A DNA stretch of 64,000 nucleotides, taken from positions 512,001-576,000 of the forward strand of contig CAVVLJ010000017.1 in the NCBI GenBank assembly GCA_963749075.1, read 5' to 3'. The translations under genes and the position numbers were made by a program. Below are positions 41,482 to 54,881 of this stretch, piece after piece (the first letter of the stretch is position 1; each line of letters starts with the position of its first letter). The notes under the pieces are model-generated. The model was not told where the DNA came from, searched no databases, and saw only the letters and a list, made by a program, of their open reading frames with translations. This stretch comes from an uncultured Pseudomonadota bacterium. Its GTDB lineage: Bacteria; Pseudomonadota; Alphaproteobacteria; JACZXZ01.

Positions 41482-42951
41482 ATGGGGCTCTTCGGCGGCC
41501 TGGCGCTGCTCAGCGCCCTGCCCGGCTGCGCCGTCGGTCCGGATTTCCTCCGCCCCGATGCGCCGCCGGCGACCCATTACTCGAACGGCGCGGATGCCGA
41601 GGCGACGGCTTCCGTCGATGGCACCGCGCAGCACTTCGCTACCGGGACGAAGCTCGCCGCCGACTGGTGGCGCCTCTTCAAATCGCCGCAGCTCGACGCG
41701 GTCATCTCGGACGCGATCGCCAACAACCCCGGGCTCGAGGCGGCGCAGGCGAGCCTGCGCCAGAGCCAGAACAACTTGCGCAGCGGCTATGGCATCTTCT
41801 ACCCCGACATCGACGCCGAGGGCGGTGCGATGCGGCAGCGCTACACGCCGATCAAGGGCGGCCAGAACCTGCCGGCCAGCGTGTTCAATCTCTTCACGCT
41901 TTCGGCCACGGTGAGCTACGCCCTCGATGTCTTCGGCGGGGAGCGGCGCCTGGTCGAAGGCCTCGGCGCCGAGGTCGACGCGGCCCGCGCCACGGAACAG
42001 GCGACCTATCTCGCGCTCTCGTCCAACATCGCAAATACGGTGATCGCCAAGGCGGCCTATCGCGCCGAGATCGAAGCCACGGAGCAGCTCATCGAGCTGC
42101 AAAAGGAGCAGGTCGGCCTGGCCGAAGTCCAGGCGCAAGCCGGGACGGTGCCCTATTCCACCGTCTTGAGTCTGCGCAGCCAGCTTGCCTCCTACCAGGC
42201 GACGATCCCGCAGCTCCAGCAAAAGCTAACGCAAAGCGACGACTTGCTCGCGACGCTCGCCGGCCACACGCCGGCCGAGTGGAAGGCGCCGCAAGTCGCC
42301 ATGGCCGACCTCGCACTGCCGAGCGAGCTGCCGGTCAGCCTGCCGTCCGATCTCGTGCGCCAGCGTCCCGACATCCTAGCGGCCGAGGCGGCGGCTCACG
42401 CCGCCAGCGCCAACATCGGCGTGGCGACCGCAGCGCTTTTGCCGAGCGTCACGTTGAGCGGAAGCTTAGGCACCAACGGCACTTCGACGGCCAATCTCTT
42501 CGCGGCCAACGGCAATTTCTGGAGCATCGGCGCCGGCGCTGCGGAGCCGCTGTTCGACGGCGGAACATTATGGTTCAAGCGGAAGGCGGCGATCGACAAT
42601 TATCGCGAGGCCATGGCCGCGTACCGCCAGACCGTTTTGAGCGCATTCGGACAGGTGGCCGACACGCTTCGCGCCCTCGATCACGACGCCGCGGTCCTCC
42701 AGGCGGAGGAGGAGGCGCTTACGACCGCGGAGCAGGCCTTGCATCTGGTGCACGCCAACTACCAGGCGGGACTTGCGACTTATCTCGACGTCCTCAATGC
42801 CGATGCGCAAGATCACCAGGCGAAAATCGCCGAGCTGCAGGCGATCGCCGTGCGCTATCAGGATACCGTGGCGCTTTTTGCGGCACTCGGCGGCGGCTGG
42901 TGGAACGCGAAGGGCGAAGAGGCGAAGGCGGACGGAGCAAAAACCGATTGA
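41482..42951 (+). CDS. NodT/OprM-type outer membrane efflux lipoprotein
   Basis: Lipobox LPGC-AVGPDF, WW..F, LPSDLVRQRPDI.AAE, LFAALGGGW. Confidence 0.92.
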   Translation: MGLFGGLALLSALPGCAVGPDFLRPDAPPATHYSNGADAEATASVDGTAQHFATGTKLAADWWRLFKSPQLDAVISDAIANNPGLEAAQASLRQSQNNLRSGYGIFYPDIDAEGGAMRQRYTPIKGGQNLPASVFNLFTLSATVSYALDVFGGERRLVEGLGAEVDAARATEQATYLALSSNIANTVIAKAAYRAEIEATEQLIELQKEQVGLAEVQAQAGTVPYSTVLSLRSQLASYQATIPQLQQKLTQSDDLLATLAGHTPAEWKAPQVAMADLALPSELPVSLPSDLVRQRPDILAAEAAAHAASANIGVATAALLPSVTLSGSLGTNGTSTANLFAANGNFWSIGAGAAEPLFDGGTLWFKRKAAIDNYREAMAAYRQTVLSAFGQVADTLRALDHDAAVLQAEEEALTTAEQALHLVHANYQAGLATYLDVLNADAQDHQAKIAELQAIAVRYQDTVALFAALGGGWWNAKGEEAKADGAKTD

Positions 42952-43008
42952 TCGGCGAGGCGACATGGCCATGGCGAAGACGGCGAAGACGGCGGCGGAG
43001 GTTGCGCG

Positions 43009-43995
43009 ATGCGCGCCATGATCCTCGACGCCGTCCCCGGCGCTCTTCGGCTGGACGAGCAGAGAGCCGTGCCGCAGCCGCGGCCGCGCGAAGTCTTGAT
43101 CCATGTCCATGCCTGCGGCGTCTGCCGGACCGATCTGCATGTCGTCGACGGCGAGCTCGCTCATCCGAAGCTGCCGCTGGTGCCCGGACATGAGATCGTA
43201 GGCACGGTCGCCGCCGTCGGCGCGGATGTTCGCGGGATCAAGCTCGGCGAGCGGGTGGGCGTGCCCTGGCTCGGCTGGACCTGCGGCCAATGCGTCTATT
43301 GCAGGACCGGCCGGGAGAACCTCTGCGAGCGGGCGCGCTTCACCGGCTATCAGATCGACGGCGGCTACGCCGAATACACGGTGGCCGACGAGCGCTTTTG
43401 CTTTGCCATCCCCGCCGGCTTCGGCGACGTCGAGGCGGCGCCGCTGCTCTGCGCCGGCCTCATCGGCTACCGCGCGCTCCGGCTCGCCGGCGAGGCCGGG
43501 CGCCTTGGCCTTTACGGCTTCGGCGCCGCCGCTCACATCGCCGCACAGGTGGCGCGATACCGCGGGCAGAAGGTCTTCGCGTTCACCAAGCCCGGGGACC
43601 GCGCCGGACAGGACTTCGCCCGCGGGCTCGGCGCCGTCTGGGCCGGCGGCTCCGACGCGCTGCCGCCCGAGCCGCTCGACGCGGCGCTCATCTTCGCACC
43701 CGTGGGCGCGCTGGTCCCGGCGGCGCTCGCGGCGACCGCGAAGGGCGGCACGGTCGTCTGCGCCGGCATTCACATGAGCGATATCCCGAGCTTCCCCTAC
43801 CGCATCCTCTGGGAAGAGCGGGTGGTGCGCTCGGTCGCCAACCTGACGCGCCGGGATGGCGACGAGTTCCTGGCGATCGCGACCAAGGTTCCGGTGCGCA
43901 CGACGACGGTGCCCTTTCCTCTCGCCGACGCCAACGAGGCGCTGAGGCGGCTGCGCGACGGGCGCATCGAGGGTGCCGCGGTGCTCGTCGCCTAG
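43009..43995 (+). CDS. Zinc-dependent alcohol dehydrogenase
   Basis: CGVCRTDLH, GHEIVG, CGQCVYC.......LC, GLYGFGAAA. Confidence 0.93.
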   Translation: MRAMILDAVPGALRLDEQRAVPQPRPREVLIHVHACGVCRTDLHVVDGELAHPKLPLVPGHEIVGTVAAVGADVRGIKLGERVGVPWLGWTCGQCVYCRTGRENLCERARFTGYQIDGGYAEYTVADERFCFAIPAGFGDVEAAPLLCAGLIGYRALRLAGEAGRLGLYGFGAAAHIAAQVARYRGQKVFAFTKPGDRAGQDFARGLGAVWAGGSDALPPEPLDAALIFAPVGALVPAALAATAKGGTVVCAGIHMSDIPSFPYRILWEERVVRSVANLTRRDGDEFLAIATKVPVRTTTVPFPLADANEALRRLRDGRIEGAAVLVA

Positions 43996-44051
43996 CCGGA
44001 CGCGGTTGCTCGAAGGACGCGGAAACCGGGCCTCCGCGCCGATGTGCCGCC

Positions 44052-45050
44052 TCAGCGGCTCATGCTGAAGCCCTGCAGGATCTTGATATAATTTGCCCGC
44101 TCGAAGGAGGCCGGGTGCGCCACCGTGCGCTGGCTCATGCGCCCGCGTATGGGATCGAGCGTCTCGAGGTTGCGCGCCGCGAGCCAGCTCTCGAGACCGT
44201 CGCGCAATACCTTCATATGGGCGACGCCGTGCCGCAGGAGGGCGGAGGTGGTCATCACGACGTCGGCGCCGGCGAGGAGGTACTTGACGACCTCGTCGAC
44301 GCTCTCCACGCCGGTGCTCGCCGCGAGCGACGCCTTGAGGCGTCCCGCCAGCACGCCGATCCAGAGCAGCGGCAGGCGGATCTCGGAAGACGTGCTCAAT
44401 TCGAGGTCCGAGCGCAGCTCGAGCCGCGCGAGGTCGATGTCGGGCTGATAGAACCTGTTGAACAGGACCAGGCCGTCGGCGCCGGCTTGATCGAGCTCGA
44501 GCGCCATGTGGCCGATCGCGCTGAAATAGGGCCCGAGCTTGACCGCGACCGGGATCGCGACGGCGCGCTTCACGGCGCCCAGGATGTCCTTGTAGCGGCG
44601 CTCGACCTCGCGTCCGCTCATGTCGAGATTGGCCGGAATGAAGTAGACGTTGAGCTCGAGCGCGCTCGCGCCTGCCTCCTCGATCTGCCGGGCATAATCG
44701 ACCCAGCCGTGATCGGTGACGCCGTTGAGGCTGGCAATGACCGGCATGTCGACCGCCTTGGCGGCGCGGTGCACGAGCTCGAGGTACGGTCCCGGACCGT
44801 TCGGGTACGAGACGGCCGCCGGGAAATAGCTCAGCGCCTCCGGGAAACTGTCCGTCCCCGTCGTGACCAGGCGCTCGAGCAGTTCCGCCTCGCGCTCGAT
44901 CTGCTCCTCGAAGATCGAGGGCAGCACGACGGCGCCGGCGCCGAGCTCCTCCAGACGCCGGATGTTGTCCAGCTCGCCGGTGAGCGGCCCGGCGCTGGCC
45001 ACGAGCGGGCTCTTGAGCCTGAGGCCGAGATAACGCGTCGTCAGATCCAT
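44052..45050 (-). CDS. Dihydroorotate dehydrogenase-like FMN protein
   Basis: MDLTTRYLGLRLKSPLVASAGP, ELNVY, VAVKLGP, LFNRFYQPD, ERANY. Confidence 0.88.
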   Translation of the reverse strand: MDLTTRYLGLRLKSPLVASAGPLTGELDNIRRLEELGAGAVVLPSIFEEQIEREAELLERLVTTGTDSFPEALSYFPAAVSYPNGPGPYLELVHRAAKAVDMPVIASLNGVTDHGWVDYARQIEEAGASALELNVYFIPANLDMSGREVERRYKDILGAVKRAVAIPVAVKLGPYFSAIGHMALELDQAGADGLVLFNRFYQPDIDLARLELRSDLELSTSSEIRLPLLWIGVLAGRLKASLAASTGVESVDEVVKYLLAGADVVMTTSALLRHGVAHMKVLRDGLESWLAARNLETLDPIRGRMSQRTVAHPASFERANYIKILQGFSMSR

Positions 45051-45087
45051 GGCTGCGATCCTCTTCTGCTTCCTTGCGCCGCCGCCT

Positions 45088-48681
<3,594 letters not shown>

Positions 48682-48810
48682 CTCGGTTCTTCCCCTCCGG
48701 CTCGGGCATCATCTCGATGGCGTGGCGTGGACACCGCTCGGTCGGGCCGCTTCCCGGCGCGCCGTCCGTGCCGTGCGGCAGTATGAGACCATGTCGCCCG
48801 CCTGTGCACT

Positions 48811-48824
48811 TTGATCTAGATTAA
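48811..48824. promoter_or_regulatory. FNR/FixK box upstream of nifJ
   Basis: TTGAT-CTAG-ATTAA. Confidence 0.7.
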
Positions 48825-49012
48825 ACCGCCTGCGAAAGCCGCGGCCGTCGCGGACGCCACCTCGTAAGCGCGCGGGGCTGCAATTCCCGGCCCTGCCGCC
48901 CTCCCGGACCGCCTGCCGATGCCTTACGCCATCCTCAGGCGCATGAAAACCGACCCCTTCACCGCGGCCCAAGGTCTCTGCAACAGTGCGCCAGGATTAA
49001 CTCATCCCGTCA

Positions 49013-49026
49013 TTGACCAGGATCAA
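49013..49026. promoter_or_regulatory. FNR/FixK box upstream of the OYE gene
   Basis: TTGAC-CAGG-ATCAA. Confidence 0.8.
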
Positions 49027-49133
49027 GACGGCTCGCCCTGGAGCGCTTCATCTTGCATGGTCGGGCGATCGAGCATGGGCGGCGGGCCGTTCACCCGCCC
49101 CCTTCCGGGTGCCGGCGCGAGGGAGAGACGACA

Positions 49134-50264
49134 TTGGGCGGCAGGATCGAGAAGAGAGAGGCGCCGAGCGATCTTTTCGAGCCGGTGCGGCTGGGGCCGT
49201 ATCAACTTGCGAACCGCGTCGTCATGGCGCCGTTGACGCGCAGCCGCGCCGGCGAAGACGGCGTCCCACGGCCCTTGATGGCCGAATATTACGCCCAGCG
49301 CGCCTCGGCCGGGCTGATCGTCACGGAGGGCGTCAACATCTCGCCGCAGGGGAGAGGCTACGCCCTGACGCCGGGCCTCTATGACGACGCCCAGATCGAG
49401 GGATGGCGGCAGGTGACCGCGGCCGTCCATACCCGCGGCGGCCGCATCTTTCCGCAGCTCTGGCATGTCGGGCGCGTGTCGCATCCTTCGCTGCAGCCCG
49501 GCGGCGCCCTGCCCGTCGCCCCTTCGGCGATCCGCCCGGAGGCCACGTCCTATACCGCGGCCGGTTTCCAGCCCTGCGCGACGCCCCGCGCGCTCGCCAC
49601 GGCCGAAATCCCCGAGATCGTCGGGCAGTACCGCCGCGCGGCGCGAAACGCCCTCGCCGCCGGCTTCGACGGCGTGGAGATCCATGCGGCCAACGGCTAT
49701 CTCATCGAGCAGTTCCTGCGCGACAGCACGAACAAGCGGACCGACAGCTATGGCGGGCCGCCCGAGAACCGCGCGCGCCTCCTGCTCGAGGTGACGGAGG
49801 CCGTGGCCGGCGTCTGGGGCGGCGCGCGCGTCGGCGTCCGCCTTTCGCCGCTCAGCCCGGTCAATGGCGCCGCCCTCGACAGCGACCCCGCCGGGACCTA
49901 CAGCCATGTCGTCGAGTGGCTGAACGCGTTCGGGCTGGCCTACATCCACATCATCGAGGGAGCGACCCAGGGGCCGCGCGAGGTCCCGGGCGGCTTCGAT
50001 CTTCAGATTCTACGGCGATCGTTCAAGGCTCTCTATATCGCAAACAACGGCTACGACTTGGGGCTCGCCCACGAGGCGCGCCGCCGCAACCTCGCGGACC
50101 TCATCTCGTTCGGCCGGCTCTACATCGCCAACCCGGACCTCGTGGAGCGCTTGCGCACCGGCGCGCCGTTGAACGTTCCCGACCGCGCGAGCTACTTCGG
50201 CGGCGGTGCGGCCGGATACACCGACTATCCGGTCCTGACGCCGGCGGAACGCGACGCCGCCTAG
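49134..50264 (+). CDS. Old-yellow-enzyme alkene reductase (NemA/XenB-like); start uncertain
   Basis: NRVVMAPLTRSRA, QLWHVGRVSH, EIHAANGYL, NPDLV, GYTDYP. Confidence 0.92.
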   Translation: MGGRIEKREAPSDLFEPVRLGPYQLANRVVMAPLTRSRAGEDGVPRPLMAEYYAQRASAGLIVTEGVNISPQGRGYALTPGLYDDAQIEGWRQVTAAVHTRGGRIFPQLWHVGRVSHPSLQPGGALPVAPSAIRPEATSYTAAGFQPCATPRALATAEIPEIVGQYRRAARNALAAGFDGVEIHAANGYLIEQFLRDSTNKRTDSYGGPPENRARLLLEVTEAVAGVWGGARVGVRLSPLSPVNGAALDSDPAGTYSHVVEWLNAFGLAYIHIIEGATQGPREVPGGFDLQILRRSFKALYIANNGYDLGLAHEARRRNLADLISFGRLYIANPDLVERLRTGAPLNVPDRASYFGGGAAGYTDYPVLTPAERDAA

Positions 50265-50357
50265 CGCCGGCCGCTGCACGCCTCGTTGCCTCAGGGGCCG
50301 CTCGGCGATGAGAGGGCGTGCGGAGCGCGCAGACTTTCGCTAGAGGCAGGCCTTTGA

Positions 50358-52034
50358 TCAGGGCCGCGGCTCAGGCGCCCGGTCTGCAAGGGCGGCCGGC
50401 GGCAACGCGGCGGTTGGATTTCCCGCGCTTTCCCCGGAGCGATTGCCGCCGCGCCGCCAGCCGTCGATGGCCGCGAGCTCGGCTTGCGGCACTTCCGCGA
50501 TAATCTCCAGCCGGCCGAGCATGACCTCGCCGGTCTCGCCGTCGAGAGAAATCCAGCTTCCCTCCTCGATTTTCCTTCCGGCAATCTCGCCGCCGGATCC
50601 GCTCTCGCCGATTTTCAGATCGCGGCACCCGACCAGACAGACCTTGCCGAGCTGGCGTGCCACGACCGCGGCATGGGCGGTCCGCCCTCCGACCGCGGTC
50701 AAGATGCCGGCAGCCGCCGCGAAACCGCCCACATCATCGGTCGAGGTGTCGTGGCGCACGAGAATGACCGGTTCGTTCCCGGCCGCGAGCGCCTTGGCGC
50801 GGATGCTGTCGAAGGCGACGCGCCCGGTGGCGACGCCGGGAGACGCCGAGAGGGCGGTGGCGACCGCCGGAACCTTGTTGGCGAAGCGGGTCAAGCGGGT
50901 TCCCGCAAGGTCGATCTCGGCTGCGCGCGACAGCGCCGTCGCGCGATCGAGGAGGCCTTCATCGACGAAATCCACCAGAACGCGCAAGGCCGCCCGCGGC
51001 GTCCGTTTGGCCGAACGCGCCTGCAGGAAGAACAGCCTGCCGTTCTCCACCGTGAACTCGACGTCCTGGACGTCGCGGAATTCGCGCTCGAGGCGGGCGA
51101 CGCCCTCGGCGAGCTCCTTTGCCACCTGCGGAAGCCGGGCGGCAAGCAGATCACCGTTGCCCGGCATGCGCCGGCCGGCCACCACGTCCTCGCCTTGCGC
51201 ATCGACGAGAAAATCGACATAGAGCTCTTTCGCGCCGGTTGCCGGATTCCGCGAGAATGCGACGCCGGCACCGGACTTCCCGCCCGAGTTGCCGAAGACC
51301 ATGGCCTGAACGGTGACGGCGGTGCCGATGAGCCCGTCGAGCTTATTGAGACGACGGTACTCCTTGGCCCGCGGGTTGTCCCAGGAGCGATAAACGGCGC
51401 GCGCCGCGGCCTTGAGCTGCTCGATCGGGCTATCGGGAATCGCCCGGCCCGCCGCCTCGGCTGCCGCGGCACGAAACTCATGCGTCAGCCGCTCGAGCGC
51501 TTCCGAATCGAGATCGCCGTCGCTTTCAGCACCCTCCGATCGCATCATCTCCGCAGTGCGCGCCTCGAAGAGCGCCGACGCGGCGCCTTCGACGGTCTCG
51601 CAATAGTTCTGGATGAAGCGCCGATAGCTGTCCCAGGCGAGGCGGGGGTTGCCGGTCAGGCCGATCAAGCCGCGGACGCTCTCGGCATTGAGGCCCACAT
51701 CGAGAATCGTGTCCAGCATCCCGGGCATGGATTTTGCCGCACCCGAGCGCACCGAGACGAGGAGGGGCGCGCGGTCGCCGCCGAAACGGCGGGCGGTCGT
51801 CTCTTCCAAGCGGGCGATGCCGTCGCGCAGCCCTTGGTCGAGCGCCTCGAGGGCCTGTGCATCGCCCCGGTTGGCCGGCGCGCAGAGCTCGGTCGGCAAG
51901 ACGAAGGCAGGCGGCACGTTCAAGCCGAGCCTTTTCATTTGCCAGAGGCTGGCCGCCTTCGACCCGGCCAGCGCCGCCGTGATTTCGTCGCTTCGCCCAG
52001 CGGTGCCTATGTAAAGCGGCGCATAGCGGTTCAT
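50358..52034 (-). CDS. PPDK-like protein: ATP-grasp + phospho-His domains, no pyruvate/PEP barrel
   Basis: GSKAA, VPPAF, LLVSVRSGAAKSMPGMLDT, QAMVFGN, QGEDVVAG, DVEFTVENG.L..LQ.R, GGRTAHAAVVARQLG; ends after the swivel domain (558 aa). Confidence 0.85.
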   Translation of the reverse strand: MNRYAPLYIGTAGRSDEITAALAGSKAASLWQMKRLGLNVPPAFVLPTELCAPANRGDAQALEALDQGLRDGIARLEETTARRFGGDRAPLLVSVRSGAAKSMPGMLDTILDVGLNAESVRGLIGLTGNPRLAWDSYRRFIQNYCETVEGAASALFEARTAEMMRSEGAESDGDLDSEALERLTHEFRAAAAEAAGRAIPDSPIEQLKAAARAVYRSWDNPRAKEYRRLNKLDGLIGTAVTVQAMVFGNSGGKSGAGVAFSRNPATGAKELYVDFLVDAQGEDVVAGRRMPGNGDLLAARLPQVAKELAEGVARLEREFRDVQDVEFTVENGRLFFLQARSAKRTPRAALRVLVDFVDEGLLDRATALSRAAEIDLAGTRLTRFANKVPAVATALSASPGVATGRVAFDSIRAKALAAGNEPVILVRHDTSTDDVGGFAAAAGILTAVGGRTAHAAVVARQLGKVCLVGCRDLKIGESGSGGEIAGRKIEEGSWISLDGETGEVMLGRLEIIAEVPQAELAAIDGWRRGGNRSGESAGNPTAALPPAALADRAPEPRP

Positions 52035-53968
52035 GCCGACAACTCCTCGAGGACACGGTCTCTGAGAGCGAGAGCCGAATGAGACAGGTGATCGGTCGCG
52101 GTCTCGAGTACGCGCGCGATCTCAAGGGCGAGCACCAGCGGCCTCGCGTCGCCGCGAGGCACGGCCATGAGTGCCGCAAAGGCATCGCGCTCGGCCGTGT
52201 CGGCGCTGCGCTCCAGGTTCACCACCGCATCGAAGGCTTGCAGCGAGGCGACCGCATCGGCGCGCTGGCCCCTCGGCAGCCGCGATGCCGCCTCGACGGC
52301 GCGGACAAGCTCGCTCACGCTCTCGGTCACGATCTCGGAGAGCTCTGCCAGCGGCGCAACGGCGAGCACCGATGCGTCCTCTTCGGGCACGAGGCTCAGA
52401 AGGAAGGTGCAATCCTCCAACGAATCGGTCGTATTTTCGACCTCGTCGATCACCGGCCGCAGCATCCCGGCTTCGCGGATGCGGGCCGCCATTTCGCGCG
52501 CGGAGACGGTCTGACGATCCGCCTTCTCTTCGATTTTCTTGGCCCGGCGGGCGAGCGCGCGCCTCTCTGCCGGCGTCACGGAGGAAGGCGCCGAGAGAGC
52601 ATCGGAGATCGCCGCGGCGAGAATCCGCGTGAGCCCGAGATGGCGGACGAGCACCGTGAGGACGGAGCTTTCGGCCGTCTCGAACCGGCGCGACAGATCG
52701 GCCTGGATCTCGTCGCGAATGAGCCGCGCGGTGCGCCCGGCGGAGAGCCCCTGGCTGGTGTCGCGCAGAACCCGCTCGAGGAATTCCCTGCATGCGGTGG
52801 CACCCAGCGCCTCGTCGAGCCGCACGCCATAGGGAATGCGCCCCGCCGCGGCACGCTGCACCGCGTCGAAGATCAGATCGGCGCCGCCAAGATCGAGAAA
52901 GGCCCGGTGTCCGAGATCGCGTGCGGCGGCCCACTTGAGCAGATCGACCGCGGCGTTCTTGCCGACGAACGTCTGGAGCGCCTTTCGCGCCTTGTTCCAG
53001 TCGATCAAAAAGACGATGCGCGACCCGAGAAACTCGAGGAAGCGCTCGACCGCACCATCGCCATCGGAGACGTAACGCCCCGTCAAAAGGTAGAAGACAT
53101 CCTCGTCGAGCCCGGCCGCCGATTTCTCGGCAAGAGGGCTCCAGCCAACGCCCTGGCCTTCGAAGAGCGCTATGAAGAATTTGGCGCGCGGCCGGTGGGT
53201 GTCGGTGTAGGTGACGGTCACCGCCTGATCCTCGACATGGACGACCAGCACATGGGCATCCGTGGTCCCGATGTCGTTCTGGATCGTCAGTCGTCCGCCG
53301 GCCCGGACCGCCGTCGTGCCGAGCCCGGGGTGACCGAAGGCCAGAGGTGCCGTGCGGTTGAGCCCCCGCATGAACGCCTTCACCCGTACGCGGTCGCGCT
53401 CGTCGATGCGATGCACGCGCGCCCCATCGAGAGTTTCGAGCGCCGTATCCGCGGCGAGCCGGTTGAGCGCCTTGTGGATATCCATGACGAGGCCGTGAAC
53501 GCTGTCCCGGCCGGCGCGGCCGGCTGACGTGAGGTCATCGATGTCGCGGAAATCGAGCTGATCGCGCTCGCCCGCGGGAAGGCATCTTGTCAATGCCTCC
53601 GCCCTCGCGACGAGGGATCGGCTGGCTTCGCCGTCGGCCGCCTCCAGGGGGGCCAGCATGAGCGAGAGATCGGCCGCGGCACCAGCGAGCAATTCGCTGG
53701 CGCCCGGAATGAACAAGCGCGTCGGGCCGAGTGCCCTGGCACCGGAGACCAGCGAGTCGAGCCCCGGCGCATCGAGACGGGCGGCCTGCCGCTCCGCGCG
53801 GAAGAGACGCGGCTTGCGGTTGGGGTCTTGCGCTTGCAACGCGGCTTCTTGCAGAAGACTGAGGCGGAGCTTGATGCGGTCGTTGGCGGCAAGCGCATCC
53901 CCGATGAGCGAAGGCAGCAGAACGGCCTTCTCCCCTAAACGCTCCATCACTTTGGCTTTGGTTGTCAT
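52031..53968 (-). CDS. Large protein with C-terminal DUF47/PhoU-like helical domain
   Basis: AKKIEEKAD, E...D.LED, LERSAD..ER, LE.ATD acidic repeats; N-terminal MDIHKALNRL and IQNDIGTTDAHV; ATGA overlap with the PPDK-like gene. Confidence 0.65.
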   Translation of the reverse strand: MTTKAKVMERLGEKAVLLPSLIGDALAANDRIKLRLSLLQEAALQAQDPNRKPRLFRAERQAARLDAPGLDSLVSGARALGPTRLFIPGASELLAGAAADLSLMLAPLEAADGEASRSLVARAEALTRCLPAGERDQLDFRDIDDLTSAGRAGRDSVHGLVMDIHKALNRLAADTALETLDGARVHRIDERDRVRVKAFMRGLNRTAPLAFGHPGLGTTAVRAGGRLTIQNDIGTTDAHVLVVHVEDQAVTVTYTDTHRPRAKFFIALFEGQGVGWSPLAEKSAAGLDEDVFYLLTGRYVSDGDGAVERFLEFLGSRIVFLIDWNKARKALQTFVGKNAAVDLLKWAAARDLGHRAFLDLGGADLIFDAVQRAAAGRIPYGVRLDEALGATACREFLERVLRDTSQGLSAGRTARLIRDEIQADLSRRFETAESSVLTVLVRHLGLTRILAAAISDALSAPSSVTPAERRALARRAKKIEEKADRQTVSAREMAARIREAGMLRPVIDEVENTTDSLEDCTFLLSLVPEEDASVLAVAPLAELSEIVTESVSELVRAVEAASRLPRGQRADAVASLQAFDAVVNLERSADTAERDAFAALMAVPRGDARPLVLALEIARVLETATDHLSHSALALRDRVLEELSA

Positions 53969-54036
53969 GACCACCCTCGCCCGCCCGCCGCCCCATGGCC
54001 GACGCGCCATTAGGGCAAGAAATCGCCGCGCATGCC

Positions 54037-54050
54037 TTGCGCTAGATCAT
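54037..54050. promoter_or_regulatory. Degenerate FNR/FixK box upstream of the DUF47-PPDK operon
   Basis: TTGCG-CTAG-ATCAT, 69 bp from the start, similar to the spacing of several strong boxes. Confidence 0.45.
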
Positions 54051-54284
54051 TCATGGAAGTGTCATGACCCTATTGCGTTACAGTGGCAGCCCCGGCTTTT
54101 GCCCCGTGAGGCTGAAAGGATCGGGCGGGGCGCCGGTGGAAATTCACCAGGCGAAAAGGCCGCCCGCTCGGCGGAGAAAACTCGCCTGCGGCAACGTCAT
54201 GCCGGCAACGCCACGCCGATGGCCGACGGACTGCCGCCCTGCGGGCGAGCCACTCGCTTTTACGCGTAGCCGGCAGTAATCGCT

Positions 54285-54407
54285 TCAAGGCTTGGTCTCG
54301 CCGCGCAAACGTCGGACGTGGTCCTCGAGCTGCCGACGCGCCGCGCCGAGGGCGTCGCGTATCGCGACATGAACGTCCTCATGGGCGTGGCGATCCCGGT
54401 GCAGGTC
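54285..54407 (-). pseudogene. HPF/RaiA ribosome-hibernation factor fragment
   Basis: HAHEDVHVAIRDALGAARRQLEDHVRRLRGETKP* resembles the HPF C-terminal helix; no start or N-terminal part. Confidence 0.65.
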
Positions 54408-54712
54408 TATGCGTGGCTTCCGGACGGCTCGATCCAGCCGCCGCACAGCTCGGGATTGCTCCGGCAATGCTCGATGAAATGGCGGAGGACAAGCTTCAAC
54501 TGCGCCGCGTGACGAAAATCGCGGCGGCCGCGCGCCGCTTCGATATCGTCGCGGATGATCGCCTTGATCGCCTGCTGGCCGCCCGGGCAATGGACGAGGT
54601 AACAGCCGAGCGAGGCCGCAATCACCTCCGGGCGATGCTCGTGCTCGGCGATGGCATCGATCTCTTCCCGGGTGAGATCGCTCAAAGCGATGCAGTCCTC
54701 GAGCGTCAACAT
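54407..54712 (-). CDS. Small hypothetical protein
   Basis: GGAG RBS; MLTLEDCIALSDLTREEIDAIAEHEH..EVIAA.LG.YL. Confidence 0.75.
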   Translation of the reverse strand: MLTLEDCIALSDLTREEIDAIAEHEHRPEVIAASLGCYLVHCPGGQQAIKAIIRDDIEAARGRRDFRHAAQLKLVLRHFIEHCRSNPELCGGWIEPSGSHA

Positions 54713-54774
54713 CGACATCTCCAACGAAAGAGCCTGCCTCGATGGTAGGATCGCAGGCATCTCGCCCGAGTGCC

Positions 54775-54788
54775 TTGACATAGATCAG
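54775..54788. promoter_or_regulatory. FNR/FixK box between divergent genes
   Basis: TTGAC-ATAG-ATCAG. Confidence 0.7.
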
Positions 54789-54881
54789 CTGGCGAGCTGA
54801 GTTTACCCGCCAAGCTTGCGAAGCCGCATCGCCGAGTTGGCTTTCTTTGCGCTCCGCATGCGGGCCTGGCGGAGGCGGGCG

